Source: Deltaproteobacteria bacterium
GTDB taxonomy: Bacteria > Myxococcota_A > Polyangia > Fen-1088
Length of the DNA: 64,000 nucleotides
Reading direction: 5' to 3'
Assembly: GCA_033763315.1 (NCBI GenBank)
Contig: JANRKS010000009.1
Coordinates: 288,001-352,000, forward strand
The notes under the pieces are model-generated. The model did not search any database. It was not told the DNA's origin and worked only from the letters and a program-made list of their open reading frames with translations. The position numbers and the translations under genes are program-made. This document shows positions 29,835 through 40,279 of the stretch, piece after piece; position 1 is the stretch's first letter; every line of letters starts with the position of its first letter.

Positions 29835-30548
29835 ATGGGGTTTTTCGACGCCAGCCGGCGCAACCTCCTTACCAACCTCGTCCTCGTTTGCCCGCTGTTT
29901 GTGATCTACCAGCTGGGCGTTCTTTACACGCGTCCACTGCTCAACGGCGCCGACTTCGTCACCATCTTGCTGCTGCACAACCTGCAGTTATCAACCACCG
30001 GCTACCTTGCGTTCGTGTTCGGCGTGGCGGCCGCCTTGATGGTCGCCGTGCTGACGCTGGGCCGAAAGCAGAAGTTCGACAAGCGCGTTGTTCTGCCTGT
30101 GGTTCTGGAAAGCATGGTCTACGCGCTCACCATGGGCTCTCTGATCGTGTTCGTCATGACCGAGCTGATGGGGATCTCACCGCGCCTCGCAGGACCCGCG
30201 CCGCTGCCTGAACAATCGATCGTCACGCGTTTCATCATGTCTATCGGCGCGGGGCTTTACGAAGAGACCGTCTTTCGCCTTGGGCTCCTCACCCTCAGCG
30301 TCGTGATCGCGGAAAGGGTCCTGGGCCTGCGGCGGTGGATGGCTGTGTTGGGCGGGCTTTTGTTCTCCTCGTTGGCCTTTTCGGCCATGCACCACATTCC
30401 ACCCTACGGCGATCCGCTGTCGTTGGGCGTCTTCACCTTTCGCACGTTGGCTGGCATTTTCTTTGCGCTGTTGTTTTGGTATCGCGGCTTCGCCGTCGCC
30501 GTTTACACACACGCGCTCTACGATATTTACGTCCTGGTCGTTCGTTAG
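29835..30548 (+). CDS. CPBP (Abi/CAAX) family intramembrane glutamic protease
   Basis: GLYEETVFR, FSAMHH, HALYD motifs; multiple TM segments. Confidence 0.85.
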   Translation: MGFFDASRRNLLTNLVLVCPLFVIYQLGVLYTRPLLNGADFVTILLLHNLQLSTTGYLAFVFGVAAALMVAVLTLGRKQKFDKRVVLPVVLESMVYALTMGSLIVFVMTELMGISPRLAGPAPLPEQSIVTRFIMSIGAGLYEETVFRLGLLTLSVVIAERVLGLRRWMAVLGGLLFSSLAFSAMHHIPPYGDPLSLGVFTFRTLAGIFFALLFWYRGFAVAVYTHALYDIYVLVVR

Positions 30549-30573
30549 CGCGCGCCGCCGCTGCGGTGAGCAC

Positions 30574-30606
30574 AAAAGAAAACCCCAAGCCGTTGGGCTC
30601 GGGGTT
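30574..30606 (-). terminator. Intrinsic terminator between convergent genes
   Basis: aaccccaagcc-gttg-ggctcggggtt hairpin with TTTTCTTTT on the minus strand. Confidence 0.65.
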
Positions 30607-30631
30607 CGTCGAAGCACGTGGCACCCAGCGA

Positions 30632-32059
30632 TTACTTGCGCTTGGGAGCGGGTTTGGGCGCCGCTTTGGCAGCCGGCTTTGGAGCCGGTTTCGCGGCGGG
30701 TTTGGCAGGTGCCGCTTTGGCGGGCGGTTTTCCGGGGGGGGCTTTGACAGCCGCCGCGGCCTTCGCAGGCGCTGCCTTAGCGGCTGGCGCACTTTTCGCA
30801 GCAGCCGCCTTGGGGGCGGGTGTTGCCTTGGCCGTGGGTGCCGCCTTCGGGGGCGGCGCAGCCTTAGCGGCACCGGCCTTTGCTGCTCCTCCGGGCGCAG
30901 GCTTAGCTGCGGGGGTAGGGGCCTTCGTTGCTGGCTTCGCCTTAGCCTCCGCTGGCTTAGCGGCAGGGGCCTTTTCTGGCTTGGCGGGCGCCTTGGCAGG
31001 TTCCGCCTTTGCCGGAGTTTTTGTGGGCTTGGGGGCCTCAAGCGCTTTGCCGGCGGGCTTCTTCGCTTGAGGCGCATCGGCCTTGGCCGGCGCCTTTTTC
31101 GGCTCGGCCTTCACCTCCACCTTTGCCGGCTTGGGGGATTCGGCCTTCGTGGGCTTCGCCTTTTCGGGCTTGGCCTCTGCCTTTGGCGCCTCGACCTTTT
31201 TCGTTTCCGTCTTGCCCACAGGCTTGGCGACGGACGGCACGTCGGCGTCTGCCTTCGAAGCCTTCTTGGGCTCCGGCTTTTTTGCTTCAGGCTTCGCGGC
31301 GTCAGCCTTCTTGGGCTCGGCTTTGGGCGCTTCTGGCTTTTTGCCGTCGGCCTTCGCCTTCACTTCCGGTTTCGCCTCGGGCGCTTCGGCCTTCATTTCC
31401 GGCTTTTTGCCAACGGCAGGCGCCGCCTTGCCCGCTGCAGGTTTCGCCGCCACTGGCTCGGGATCAGCTTTGACGGCCTTGCCGTTCTTGCCAGCCTTCG
31501 CGTCTGGCTTGCTGTCCGCCTTCGAGTCATTTTTCGAGTCACTTCTCGAATCTTGCTTGGCCACGGCTTTCGCCTTCGCAGGCGCTTCGCTCGTGGGGGT
31601 GCCATCTCCGGTGGGCAGGCCTGGAATGTCGCCTCGGTTGTGCACCAAGATGCGACGTCCGTCTTTGAAGGTGATCTCCACCTTGCTGTTTGAGACCACC
31701 TCAGAGACGAAACCCACCCCAAACTTCGGGTGTTCGACCATGGCCTGTTCCGAGTACTCCTGCCGGAACTGGTATGGCTTCGCTGCGCTGGCCCGGTGCT
31801 TCGCGAAGAATTCTTCCCACGTGGGCTTCTTCATCAAAGCACGCTTGCGTGCCGAGACTGGCTCGGGCACGTCGTCCTCGCTTTCGCCCCGCGGTTTACG
31901 GAACGAGTGGACGTCTCCGCACACGTTGCACTGCACGCGGCGAATCTCGTCTTCGTACTTGGAGATTACGACATGCGTCGTGTCGGCCTTGCACTTTGTG
32001 CAGTACCCCTCGACGTCAGACCCGACCTCGTCGGCCTCGTCTTCGAACATCAAATCCAT
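30632..32059 (-). CDS. Zn-ribbon + Tudor-like domain protein with long Lys/Ala/Pro-rich histone-H1-like tail
   Basis: CTKC/CNVC; VEHPKFGVGFVSEV..KVEITF resembles UvrD/PcrA C-terminal Tudor; about 330 aa of AKPA/PAK/KPE low-complexity sequence. Confidence 0.75.
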   Translation of the reverse strand: MDLMFEDEADEVGSDVEGYCTKCKADTTHVVISKYEDEIRRVQCNVCGDVHSFRKPRGESEDDVPEPVSARKRALMKKPTWEEFFAKHRASAAKPYQFRQEYSEQAMVEHPKFGVGFVSEVVSNSKVEITFKDGRRILVHNRGDIPGLPTGDGTPTSEAPAKAKAVAKQDSRSDSKNDSKADSKPDAKAGKNGKAVKADPEPVAAKPAAGKAAPAVGKKPEMKAEAPEAKPEVKAKADGKKPEAPKAEPKKADAAKPEAKKPEPKKASKADADVPSVAKPVGKTETKKVEAPKAEAKPEKAKPTKAESPKPAKVEVKAEPKKAPAKADAPQAKKPAGKALEAPKPTKTPAKAEPAKAPAKPEKAPAAKPAEAKAKPATKAPTPAAKPAPGGAAKAGAAKAAPPPKAAPTAKATPAPKAAAAKSAPAAKAAPAKAAAAVKAPPGKPPAKAAPAKPAAKPAPKPAAKAAPKPAPKRK

Positions 32060-32399
32060 GCAATTGCCTCGATGTTCCCCTAACGACTTTCGCTCAGTAA
32101 CACAGCTCGAGTAACACGGCTAAGTGATAGCTGCAACAAATTGAAATCAGGGCAGTTGTTTTGATCCCACCCGCCTGCATTCGGTTACCGGGGTGACCCG
32201 GGCCTCACTTGGGCGGCACGCACGGTTACAGTAGCGTTAGGTCCCCGCTTTTGTCTATAAGTATCGAATATCCGGGCACAAATGAACGCACTGTTACGAG
32301 GCGACAACGGGCCAGCGCCAAAGCGCCCCCGGGCGCCGCGACGCCCGTTACGCCTCCGGTCCGTTACAAACGAATGTCACGTGTTTCGTAGGTCATTGA

Positions 32400-32419
32400 A
32401 ATCACAGAGGAATGTGATT
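32400..32419. promoter_or_regulatory. Perfect inverted repeat AATCACA-N6-TGTGATT upstream of glnB
   Basis: Seen directly in an AT-rich tract about 75 bp upstream of glnB. Confidence 0.45.
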
Positions 32420-32441
32420 AAACCCAATGTTTACTGTTTAG

Positions 32442-32831
<390 letters not shown>

Positions 32832-32889
32832 CAAGCCCCTCCTTTGCGCTCCGTTTCGGCGGGGTGTCAGTTGTGAGGTCGATAGAACT

Positions 32890-32944
32890 GCCGCAGGCGC
32901 GGGAGCCTTCACCGGAGGCGTCCGATACCTGCGGCTTTTTCTTT
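32890..32944 (+). terminator. Intrinsic terminator after glnB (long branched hairpin)
   Basis: GCCGCAGG...CCTGCGGC closing stem followed by TTTTTCTTT. Confidence 0.6.
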
Positions 32945-32971
32945 GTGCGCGAAATCCGGTGGCCATCGCTT

Positions 32972-33000
32972 TTGACCCCCGCGATGCCGGACACTATGTT
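32972..33000 (+). promoter_or_regulatory. Sigma-70-type promoter of psd
   Basis: TTGACC-N17-TATGTT, 11 nt before the ATG. Confidence 0.55.
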
Positions 33001-33011
33001 GACGGTGGCTT

Positions 33012-33881
33012 ATGACTTCGCTTCCTTTCAGAGATCGCCTCGCTCGCCACCTTTGGCGGCTCACCCCGCAACGGACGTTATCGGATTTCATCGGCTGGTG
33101 GGCGTCAGTGAACGTGCCCAAAGGTTTGCATAGCCGCGTGCTCGAAACCTTTGTCGCGAAATACAAGATCGACGTCAGCGAAGCTGAACTGCCGTTGTTG
33201 GCCTATCCTTCGGTCAACGAGTTCTTTACGCGCAAATTGAAGCCAGGGGTGCGACCCATCGATCCGGATCCGGCGTCGATCGTGTCTCCTGCCGATGGCA
33301 AGATTGTGGCCACCGGGTTGGTCTCCGCCACCGGTACCATTGAGGCGAAGAACATTGCGCTGACCACCGCGGCCCTCCTGACGGACGAAGCCTTGGCCAA
33401 GAAATTCGTGGGTGGCGCCTTCGCTGTCACCTATTTATCGCCGCGCGATTACCACCGCGTTCATACGCCTGCCGCTGGTTCCGTTCTATGCTGGCATCAC
33501 GTGCCCGGGCAGCTCTTTCCTGTCAACGAAGCGACGGTGCGACGTGAACCCGATTTGTTTGCTCGCAACGAACGCTTCGTGTCGGTGTTTGAAGGCGATG
33601 TCGGCACGTTCGCTGTTGTGATGGTGGCCGCCGTTGGCGTGGGACACGTGACAGCGGCGTATGACCCTGAGGTTCAAACCCACAAAAACGCACCTGCGGG
33701 GCAAGTGCTCACCAAAGTCTTTGCGACGCCCCCACACCTTGGCAAAGGCGATGAAGTTGGGATCTTTCACTTGGGCTCAACCGCAATTATCCTGTTTGAG
33801 CCCGGTCGGGTTATCCTAGAACCCACCGAGGCCGCGAAACCCATTCGAATGGGTGAGCGCGTAGGCCGCCTCGCTCGCTGA
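33012..33881 (+). CDS. psd: Phosphatidylserine decarboxylase proenzyme
   Basis: FFTRKLKPGVRP, SPADG, YLSPRDYHRVH, LFARNER, FHLGST autocleavage motif. Confidence 0.93.
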   Translation: MTSLPFRDRLARHLWRLTPQRTLSDFIGWWASVNVPKGLHSRVLETFVAKYKIDVSEAELPLLAYPSVNEFFTRKLKPGVRPIDPDPASIVSPADGKIVATGLVSATGTIEAKNIALTTAALLTDEALAKKFVGGAFAVTYLSPRDYHRVHTPAAGSVLCWHHVPGQLFPVNEATVRREPDLFARNERFVSVFEGDVGTFAVVMVAAVGVGHVTAAYDPEVQTHKNAPAGQVLTKVFATPPHLGKGDEVGIFHLGSTAIILFEPGRVILEPTEAAKPIRMGERVGRLAR

Positions 33882-33891
33882 ATACCACCGC

Positions 33892-35370
33892 ATGTCGAAA
33901 CTCGACAACACGACCCCAACCCCACTTCCTGTGGCAATTCACGATCAAAACGACGGTGCGGCAGCGATGGGAGAAATTCCGCGCGAAGCTGACAACACCG
34001 AGGAATGGGACGTGGGCGCTCCTCCGGGGCGCGAATTGGCCGTGGGCGAAACGCCTGTGGCGCACGATCACGTGGATACGTTGCCCACCGTCGATGTATC
34101 TGTGTTCTCTGTCGAGAACGCCGTTGGCTCATCGCCCGAAGGCCCCGAGCTTCCCCCTTTAGTTGAAACGCCCACGTCGCCTTTGCCGCTCGATGAAGCG
34201 GAAGACCTTGCCACGGGCGAAATCGAACTTGCAGAGGTTGATGATTTGGTTGAGGCCGCGCAAGCGCAGCAAGCAAATAGCGGTTCGATAACGCCGCCGC
34301 CCGTTCGTGAACCTGTGCGCCTGTCGGCCGAAAGCCGGCAAAACGTGGCCACGCCGATTGTGCCGCCGCCGCGGATCACTGCGTCTGTGGCGCCCGCATT
34401 CGCTCAAGCCATGGAAGAATCAGTGTCGGACGAGGTGGAATTGGTCGAGGACGCCGCAGCCTCGACGTCCATCACACCGCCACCTGTGCCCGCCACCGCA
34501 CCGCCTTCCCGAAGCCGCCCGGTGATGCCGCCTTTGCCGGTGGCGCCCGTGGTGCCGTCATCCGACCCGGCGTCCGAGACGTGGGCCGAGCCCTTGGCCG
34601 CACGCCCTCGGCGCAAGCGAACCAAGCCTTGGTACGAAGAAGTTTTCGACGAAGACTACCTGCGCACGCTGCCGTTCATGACGGCAGAACAAACGCTGCG
34701 AGAGGTGAATTTCATCAAGGCTTCACTCGAACCGCCTGAAGGCGGCGAGATTTTGGATGTGGCGTGCGGCTATGGCCGGCATTCGATCGAGCTGGCCCAG
34801 CGCGGACTCAAGGTGACTGGCATCGATCTGTCTTTGCCGTTGCTCATTCGCGCCGCCGATGAATCACAGCGCCGAGCGCTGTCGGTGAATTTCGTTCACG
34901 CGGACATGCGGGAGATGTCGTTCGACAACCAGTTCGACGGCGCGTGCTGCATGATGACCTCGTTCGGCTACTTCGACGAGGAGACGAACCTCAAGGTGGC
35001 GCAGGGCATTTTCAAGGGGTTGAAGCCGGGGGGCCGCCTGCTTATCGACGCCATCAACCGCGATTACATTGTGACTGACCTGCCCACCCGCGTGTGGTGG
35101 GAAGGGGACGGTTGCGTGGTGTTGGAGGAAGTCGACTTCAGCTTCAACACCAGCCGCATCTCCGTGCGGCGGTCCGTGGTGTTCCAGGACGGCCGCCAGA
35201 TTGAACAGGATATTTCGATTCGCGCCTACAGCTTGCACGAGCTGGGGCGGTTGTTTCGGCAAGCAGGCTTCCGTGTAACGGAAGTCTCGGGCAGTTTGGC
35301 GACCCGGGGGCACTTTTTTGGAGCCACCTCGCGCAACCTGCTGATGCTCTGCGAAAAGCCACGTCAGTAA
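33892..35370 (+). CDS. Class I SAM-dependent methyltransferase with long acidic Pro-rich disordered N-terminus
   Basis: ILDVACGYGRH, GIDLS, HADMR, TSFGYF in the C-terminal half. Confidence 0.85.
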   Translation: MSKLDNTTPTPLPVAIHDQNDGAAAMGEIPREADNTEEWDVGAPPGRELAVGETPVAHDHVDTLPTVDVSVFSVENAVGSSPEGPELPPLVETPTSPLPLDEAEDLATGEIELAEVDDLVEAAQAQQANSGSITPPPVREPVRLSAESRQNVATPIVPPPRITASVAPAFAQAMEESVSDEVELVEDAAASTSITPPPVPATAPPSRSRPVMPPLPVAPVVPSSDPASETWAEPLAARPRRKRTKPWYEEVFDEDYLRTLPFMTAEQTLREVNFIKASLEPPEGGEILDVACGYGRHSIELAQRGLKVTGIDLSLPLLIRAADESQRRALSVNFVHADMREMSFDNQFDGACCMMTSFGYFDEETNLKVAQGIFKGLKPGGRLLIDAINRDYIVTDLPTRVWWEGDGCVVLEEVDFSFNTSRISVRRSVVFQDGRQIEQDISIRAYSLHELGRLFRQAGFRVTEVSGSLATRGHFFGATSRNLLMLCEKPRQ

Positions 35371-35615
35371 GCGGACTTAGCTGCGTTGTTGCACGAATGG
35401 CACCTACGGGTATTGGTGTGCCTTACGTATTTTATCGACACGAATTCAGTGTCTTCTTGCTTACGAAGTCTAAATACCACAAGCCATGCGACCGATGATC
35501 TATTTCGAGCATCAGAAAAGGGCGGGGGGCGAGGCGGCGGGAATAATCTACGGTCGACGCGCGTAATATCAACGTGAAAGCAAAGAGCGCGAAGCTTAGC
35601 GAAAGGGTCGTCATC

Positions 35616-37253
35616 ATGGCGAAGACAAGCAGCTCGATGAGCAAGAAGTCCCGGGAACCCGGCAAGACATTGACGGGCCCGGCCAATACAACCTCGAACG
35701 CGGCCAGCCATCTGGCCAGCAAGTCGGTGACAGGTAAGCGCTCTGGTGAAGCTTCTGCGGGCAGCGAACCCGCTGTCCTTGGTATGGCCGCACCCACGGC
35801 AGGACGCAAGGGCGAGCTTGCGTCTTCGCGAGGAAAAACGCGCCGACGCCGCAAGGACGACCTTGTGTCAGCCCCTGTCGACGTTGAGGCCGCGGTTCCG
35901 GCCGAGGCTCTCGACGAGGACGCGATGTTGATGGACGTGGCGCCGGGCGGCGAGGCTGAGCCCGTGGAGGACTTTGGCCTGGAGCCGGCGTTGGAAGGTC
36001 CTTTGGGCGACTTGCCCGAGGCTGAACTGCAGCTGGCCGACGTCGAAGAGGCGCCGGTCAAGGCCAACAAAGACGACGAGGCGCAGAGCTTCTTGGCCAT
36101 GTACTTCAAGAACATGGCTGACCTGGACGTTCTGCGCCCAGAGCAGGAGTTCGATTCGGCGCGTGAGATTGAAGCGCTGGAGATTGAGCTTTGGACGATG
36201 CTGCTGTCGTACTTGCCCGGGGCCATGCATGTGGCGAGCGTTGTGGAACGCACGATGGGCAAGGCGTACGAGCCACTTGAGCAATACAAGGTGGCGTTCG
36301 CAAAACTGGGCGGCAAAGCGAAGCCTGCCGCTCGAAAGCAGTTCGACGGCGTGGTTGATGAAGTCTCGAGCAAACTGCGCGAGGTGGACATCGATCGCTT
36401 GTTTGTCGATGCCGTGATGGCGGAGATCCACAAAGCCCGTCGTGGCGTCACGGGTGACGGCGCGCCCGGTTTTGAGGCCACAAGCCCCGCCTTCAATGAA
36501 TTCGCAAACGCGGCGGTTGCAAAAACGGTGGCGATTAAGTCGGCGAAGAACGCGTTCGTGCGTGCAAACCTGCGGTTGGTTGTTTCAATTGCCCGCCGGT
36601 TTAACCATGGCCGCTTGCCTTTAGCCGACTTAATTCAAGAGGGCAACATCGGCTTGATGAAGGCCGTGGAGCGTTACGACTATCGTCGTGGCTTTCGCTT
36701 CTCGACCTACGCCAGCTGGTGGATTCGACACGCGATTAGCCGCGCCTTGGCTGACAAGGGGCGTGCCGTTCGTCTGCCGGTGCACATGATCGATGCGTAT
36801 CACCGCATCGCCAAGAGCGAGCGCGAACTGCAAAGCAAGCTTGAGCGACCGGCGACCAACGAAGAGCTGTCGGCGGCGACGGGGATCGAGCCCGACAAAT
36901 TGGAAAAGATGCGAGGGTTCCTCAACGAATCACCCGTGTCGCTTGATCGACCGATTTCAGATGAAGATGGCCGTAAGCTCATTGACATCCTGGTTTCGGA
37001 CGAAGATGAGGTCACGGCGCCCGAACAGATCATTGTGGGGGAAACCCACCGCGAGATGCTGAAGGTGTTGGGATCGCTCAAGCCCATCGAGGCGGACATT
37101 TTGCGCAAGCGCTTCGGCTTGATGAACGATAAGGAGCAGACGCTCAAAGAGATTGGTGATGAGTATCACTTGTCGCGCGAGCGTGTGCGCCAGCTGCAAG
37201 AGCAGGCCTTGGGCAAGATGCGCAAGGCCATGCAGAAAATCAACGCGGCGTAA
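35616..37253 (+). CDS. Sigma-70 family (RpoD/RpoS-like) alternative sigma factor
   Basis: Region 1.2 LAMYFKNM; region 2 [49 protein letters not shown]; region 4 TLKEIG...LSRERVRQ; alternative start 35574. Confidence 0.92.
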   Translation: MAKTSSSMSKKSREPGKTLTGPANTTSNAASHLASKSVTGKRSGEASAGSEPAVLGMAAPTAGRKGELASSRGKTRRRRKDDLVSAPVDVEAAVPAEALDEDAMLMDVAPGGEAEPVEDFGLEPALEGPLGDLPEAELQLADVEEAPVKANKDDEAQSFLAMYFKNMADLDVLRPEQEFDSAREIEALEIELWTMLLSYLPGAMHVASVVERTMGKAYEPLEQYKVAFAKLGGKAKPAARKQFDGVVDEVSSKLREVDIDRLFVDAVMAEIHKARRGVTGDGAPGFEATSPAFNEFANAAVAKTVAIKSAKNAFVRANLRLVVSIARRFNHGRLPLADLIQEGNIGLMKAVERYDYRRGFRFSTYASWWIRHAISRALADKGRAVRLPVHMIDAYHRIAKSERELQSKLERPATNEELSAATGIEPDKLEKMRGFLNESPVSLDRPISDEDGRKLIDILVSDEDEVTAPEQIIVGETHREMLKVLGSLKPIEADILRKRFGLMNDKEQTLKEIGDEYHLSRERVRQLQEQALGKMRKAMQKINAA

Positions 37254-37338
37254 GCCACGGCACACGCCACACAAAAAGTGGTGGATCACACCCGCGCATC
37301 AGCCCCGATCGCCCAGCCAGATCGGGTAAGATGCGCGG

Positions 37339-38007
37339 GTGATTTTATTTGAAATCGTTAACGCTTTGGTGTCGGCGCGTCTCGCCGATCCGCTGCGCGC
37401 GTGGTGGCAAAGCGCAACCAAGGGGCCCGTGGAACGCTTGCGCTTCTTAGGCGCTTTTTCAGGCGCGGGCCGCCGGCTGGGACGCAGCGAGGTGGCAGGG
37501 GATCTGCCTGAGGTGCCGCGCCTGGCCGCGCATGGCTTGATCGTGGCGGGACGGCCGTGGGCAGAGTTGGGGCGAGTGGGCTTGTTGTTGGGACTACCGG
37601 GGCGGGTTGCGGATCAAGAGCTCATCGGCCTGGTGGAGGAAGCGTACCGCACCGGCGATCTGGAGGAAAAGCAGGCCGTGCTGCGCGCGTTGGCGTTCTT
37701 GCCGCAGCCCTCGTCGTATGTGGCCATTGCCGCGGAGGGGGCGCGATCCAACGCCATGTCGATCGTCGAAGCCATCACCTGCGACAACCCTTTTCCGGCG
37801 CAGCATTTTTCAACGGACGCGCTCAACCAAATGACGATGAAGGCGCTGTTCAACGGATTGCCCTTGCTGCGAATCGTGGGACTGCAGGGGCGCATGAACG
37901 ATGATCTGGTTCGTATGTCCCGCGACTATGGACGCGAGCGCCGGGCCGCGGGCCGCGCTATCTCAAACGACCTGGCCATGCTTGAACAAGGAAGCCTTTC
38001 GTCATGA
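37339..38007 (+). CDS. eboA: EboA domain protein
   Basis: GD..EK.AVLRAL..L, EG.RSN, AI.CDNPFP, NQM.MKALF, Y..ERRAAGR; upstream of TatD-like eboB. Confidence 0.85.
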   Translation: MILFEIVNALVSARLADPLRAWWQSATKGPVERLRFLGAFSGAGRRLGRSEVAGDLPEVPRLAAHGLIVAGRPWAELGRVGLLLGLPGRVADQELIGLVEEAYRTGDLEEKQAVLRALAFLPQPSSYVAIAAEGARSNAMSIVEAITCDNPFPAQHFSTDALNQMTMKALFNGLPLLRIVGLQGRMNDDLVRMSRDYGRERRAAGRAISNDLAMLEQGSLSS

Positions 38008-38897
38008 AACTTTTCGATCCGCACATTCACATGACCTCGCGCACCACCGACGACTATGAGGCCATGGCCAAGGCGGGCATCGCCGCCATCGTTGAGCCGG
38101 CGTTCTGGGTGGGGCAGCCGCGCACGCACGTGGGCACGTTTGAAGACTATTTTTTGTCGCTGCTGGGCTGGGAGCGGTTTCGTTCGCAGCAGTTTGGCAT
38201 TCGTCACTTTTGCACCATGGGCCTCAACCCCAAAGAAGCCAACGAGCCGCGCGTGTCGGGCGGCGTGATCGAGCTTTTGCACCGCTATCTTGAAAAGGAC
38301 GGCGTGGTGGCGGTGGGAGAGATCGGCTACGACGAGCAAAACGAGGTTGAACACCAGATCTTCAAAACGCAGATCGAACTGGCGCGCGAATACGAGTTGC
38401 CGATCCTCATTCATACGCCCCATCGTGATAAGAAGCGCGGCACTGAGCGCACGATTGAACTCGTCAAAGAGTTGAAGTTTCCGCCTGAGCTCACGCTCAT
38501 CGATCACAACAACGAAGAAACATTGCCGATGGTGCTTGAATCAGGATGTTGGGCCGGTCACTCGATCTATCCAAACACGAAGATGGATGAGACACGCATG
38601 GTGGCTTTGGTAAAGCAATACGGCGCGGATAAGATGATCGTTAACAGCGCCGCTGACTGGGGCGTAAGCGATCCGTTGAAGGTGCCGAAAACGGCGGCGG
38701 GAATGAAGGCGGCCGGTTTCGACGACGTCATCATTTCTAAGGTGCTGTGGGACAACCCGGTTCGCTTCTTTGCCCAAAGTGGCCGCTTGGATTTGGAAGA
38801 CGTGGGCAACGATTTGGTGGTGGATCAGCGCAACCTGTGGGAGGGCAATTCTGTGCTGCGCGGGCAAGCGCCGCGCGTGGATAAATCGAACGGCTAA
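38004..38897 (+). CDS. eboB: TatD family hydrolase EboB
   Basis: DPHIHMTSRTTDDYEAM, EPAFW.GQPRT, GWERFR, GLNPKEAN, HTPHRDK, SAADWG.SDPL. Confidence 0.9.
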   Translation: MKLFDPHIHMTSRTTDDYEAMAKAGIAAIVEPAFWVGQPRTHVGTFEDYFLSLLGWERFRSQQFGIRHFCTMGLNPKEANEPRVSGGVIELLHRYLEKDGVVAVGEIGYDEQNEVEHQIFKTQIELAREYELPILIHTPHRDKKRGTERTIELVKELKFPPELTLIDHNNEETLPMVLESGCWAGHSIYPNTKMDETRMVALVKQYGADKMIVNSAADWGVSDPLKVPKTAAGMKAAGFDDVIISKVLWDNPVRFFAQSGRLDLEDVGNDLVVDQRNLWEGNSVLRGQAPRVDKSNG

Positions 38898-38899
38898 TC

Positions 38900-40279
38900 A
38901 TGCAGCCGACGCTGGTGTTGAATGTTGTGGGCATGGCGCGGGCGTTGCTCGCGCACGCGCCAGCGCTGTCGGCGTTGGCTGCGCGTGGAGGGGTGCGCGA
39001 TCTGGCCACGATCACACCCGCGGTGACGTGTTCGGTGCAGTCCACTCTCTTGACGGGCGAGTTGCCGAGCCGCCACGGCATCGTGGGCAACGGCTGGTAC
39101 TTCCGCGATCTGGCGGAAGTGTGGTTGTGGCGGCAATCGAACCATCTGGTGCAAGGACCGAAGGTGTGGGACATCGCCAAGGCCCGCAACGCCGCGTTCA
39201 CCAGCGCCAATATGTTCTGGTGGTACAACATGTACAGCAGCGCCGATCTTTCCGTGACCCCGCGCCCACAGTACCCAGCCGACGGGCGCAAGCTGCCCGA
39301 CGCTTACAGCTGGCCACCTTCGTTGCGCGATGAACTCACGGACAAGTTCGGGATCTTTCCGCTCTTCAAATTCTGGGGGCCGGCCGCAGACATTCAATGT
39401 TCACAGTGGATCGCGCGCGCCTCGGCGTTTGTGCTGCAAAAGTACAGCCCAACCCTGACCTTCGTTTACTTGCCACACCTTGATTACGATCTGCAGAAAC
39501 TGGGGCCGAACCACCCCCGCATCCCTGCTTCGGTGGCCGCGGTGGATGCTTTGGCGGGCGAATTGATCGAACAAGCCGAACGGGCTGGCATGGCTGTGGT
39601 GGCGTTGTCGGAATACGGCATCACGGAGGTCAGCGGTGCGGTGATGATCAACCAGGCGTTGCGCCGCGCGGGACTTTTGGTTGTGCGCCCTGAGAAAATG
39701 GGTGAGCAGTTGGACGCTGGCGCGTCCGAGGCGTTCGCCGTTGTGGATCACCAAGTTGCACACGTGTATGTGAAGCGGCCCGAGCGTGTGGCGGAGGTGG
39801 CGGCTTTGCTGCGTGGGCTCGACGGGGTGGAGCGTGTTTGGTTGGGAGACGAAAAACGCACCCATGGATTGGACCACGAGCGCGCCGGCGACATCGTGGT
39901 GGTGAGCCGTGCCGATCGTTGGTTCGCCTATTATTTTTGGCTGGACGATGACAAAGCGCCTGACTACGCGCGCACGGTGGACATTCACCGCAAGCCCGGA
40001 TACGACCCGGTGGAACTGTTTCTGGATCCACAGCTAAGCGCACCAAAACTGAAGATCGGCATGACGCTGCTCAAGCGTAAGATCGGCTTTCGATCTTTGT
40101 TAAACGTCATCCCTCTGGATACCAGCTTGGTGAAGGGTTCACATGGCCGGGTCACAGACGATCCGGCAGCGGGGCCGTTGTTTATCTCGAACCGACCGGA
40201 CACGTTGCCCGCGGGCTCACAGCTTGCTGCCACCGATGTGCGTGATGTGCTTTTGCAGCATGTGTTCGGCGCGGCCTAG
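38900..40279 (+). CDS. eboF: Alkaline phosphatase / nucleotide pyrophosphatase family protein EboF
   Basis: PAVTCSVQ, GNGWYFRD, FWWYNMYS, YLPHLDY, APDYARTVDIHRKPGYDPVELF, VKGSHG. Confidence 0.88.
   Translation: MQPTLVLNVVGMARALLAHAPALSALAARGGVRDLATITPAVTCSVQSTLLTGELPSRHGIVGNGWYFRDLAEVWLWRQSNHLVQGPKVWDIAKARNAAFTSANMFWWYNMYSSADLSVTPRPQYPADGRKLPDAYSWPPSLRDELTDKFGIFPLFKFWGPAADIQCSQWIARASAFVLQKYSPTLTFVYLPHLDYDLQKLGPNHPRIPASVAAVDALAGELIEQAERAGMAVVALSEYGITEVSGAVMINQALRRAGLLVVRPEKMGEQLDAGASEAFAVVDHQVAHVYVKRPERVAEVAALLRGLDGVERVWLGDEKRTHGLDHERAGDIVVVSRADRWFAYYFWLDDDKAPDYARTVDIHRKPGYDPVELFLDPQLSAPKLKIGMTLLKRKIGFRSLLNVIPLDTSLVKGSHGRVTDDPAAGPLFISNRPDTLPAGSQLAATDVRDVLLQHVFGAA

Noticed and set aside
30632-31560. 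Possible CRISPR or tandem DNA array
   Set aside because: Repeats are degenerate codon-level peptide repeats without a constant repeat-spacer structure, and no cas genes are present
30335-32114. Long plus-strand ORFs (452, 343 and 150 aa) rich in Gly/Phe/Arg/Ala
   Set aside because: Antisense shadows of the low-complexity Lys/Ala/Pro gene on the minus strand
32832-32880. Minus-strand CCGCC-GAAA-CGG-AGCGCAAAG resembling a c-di-GMP-I (GEMM) riboswitch
   Set aside because: P2 pairing is poor, no P3 is evident, and it would point antisense into glnB; an Rfam scan would be needed
35432-36496. 354-aa minus-strand ORF
   Set aside because: Antisense shadow of the sigma factor gene with no recognisable domain
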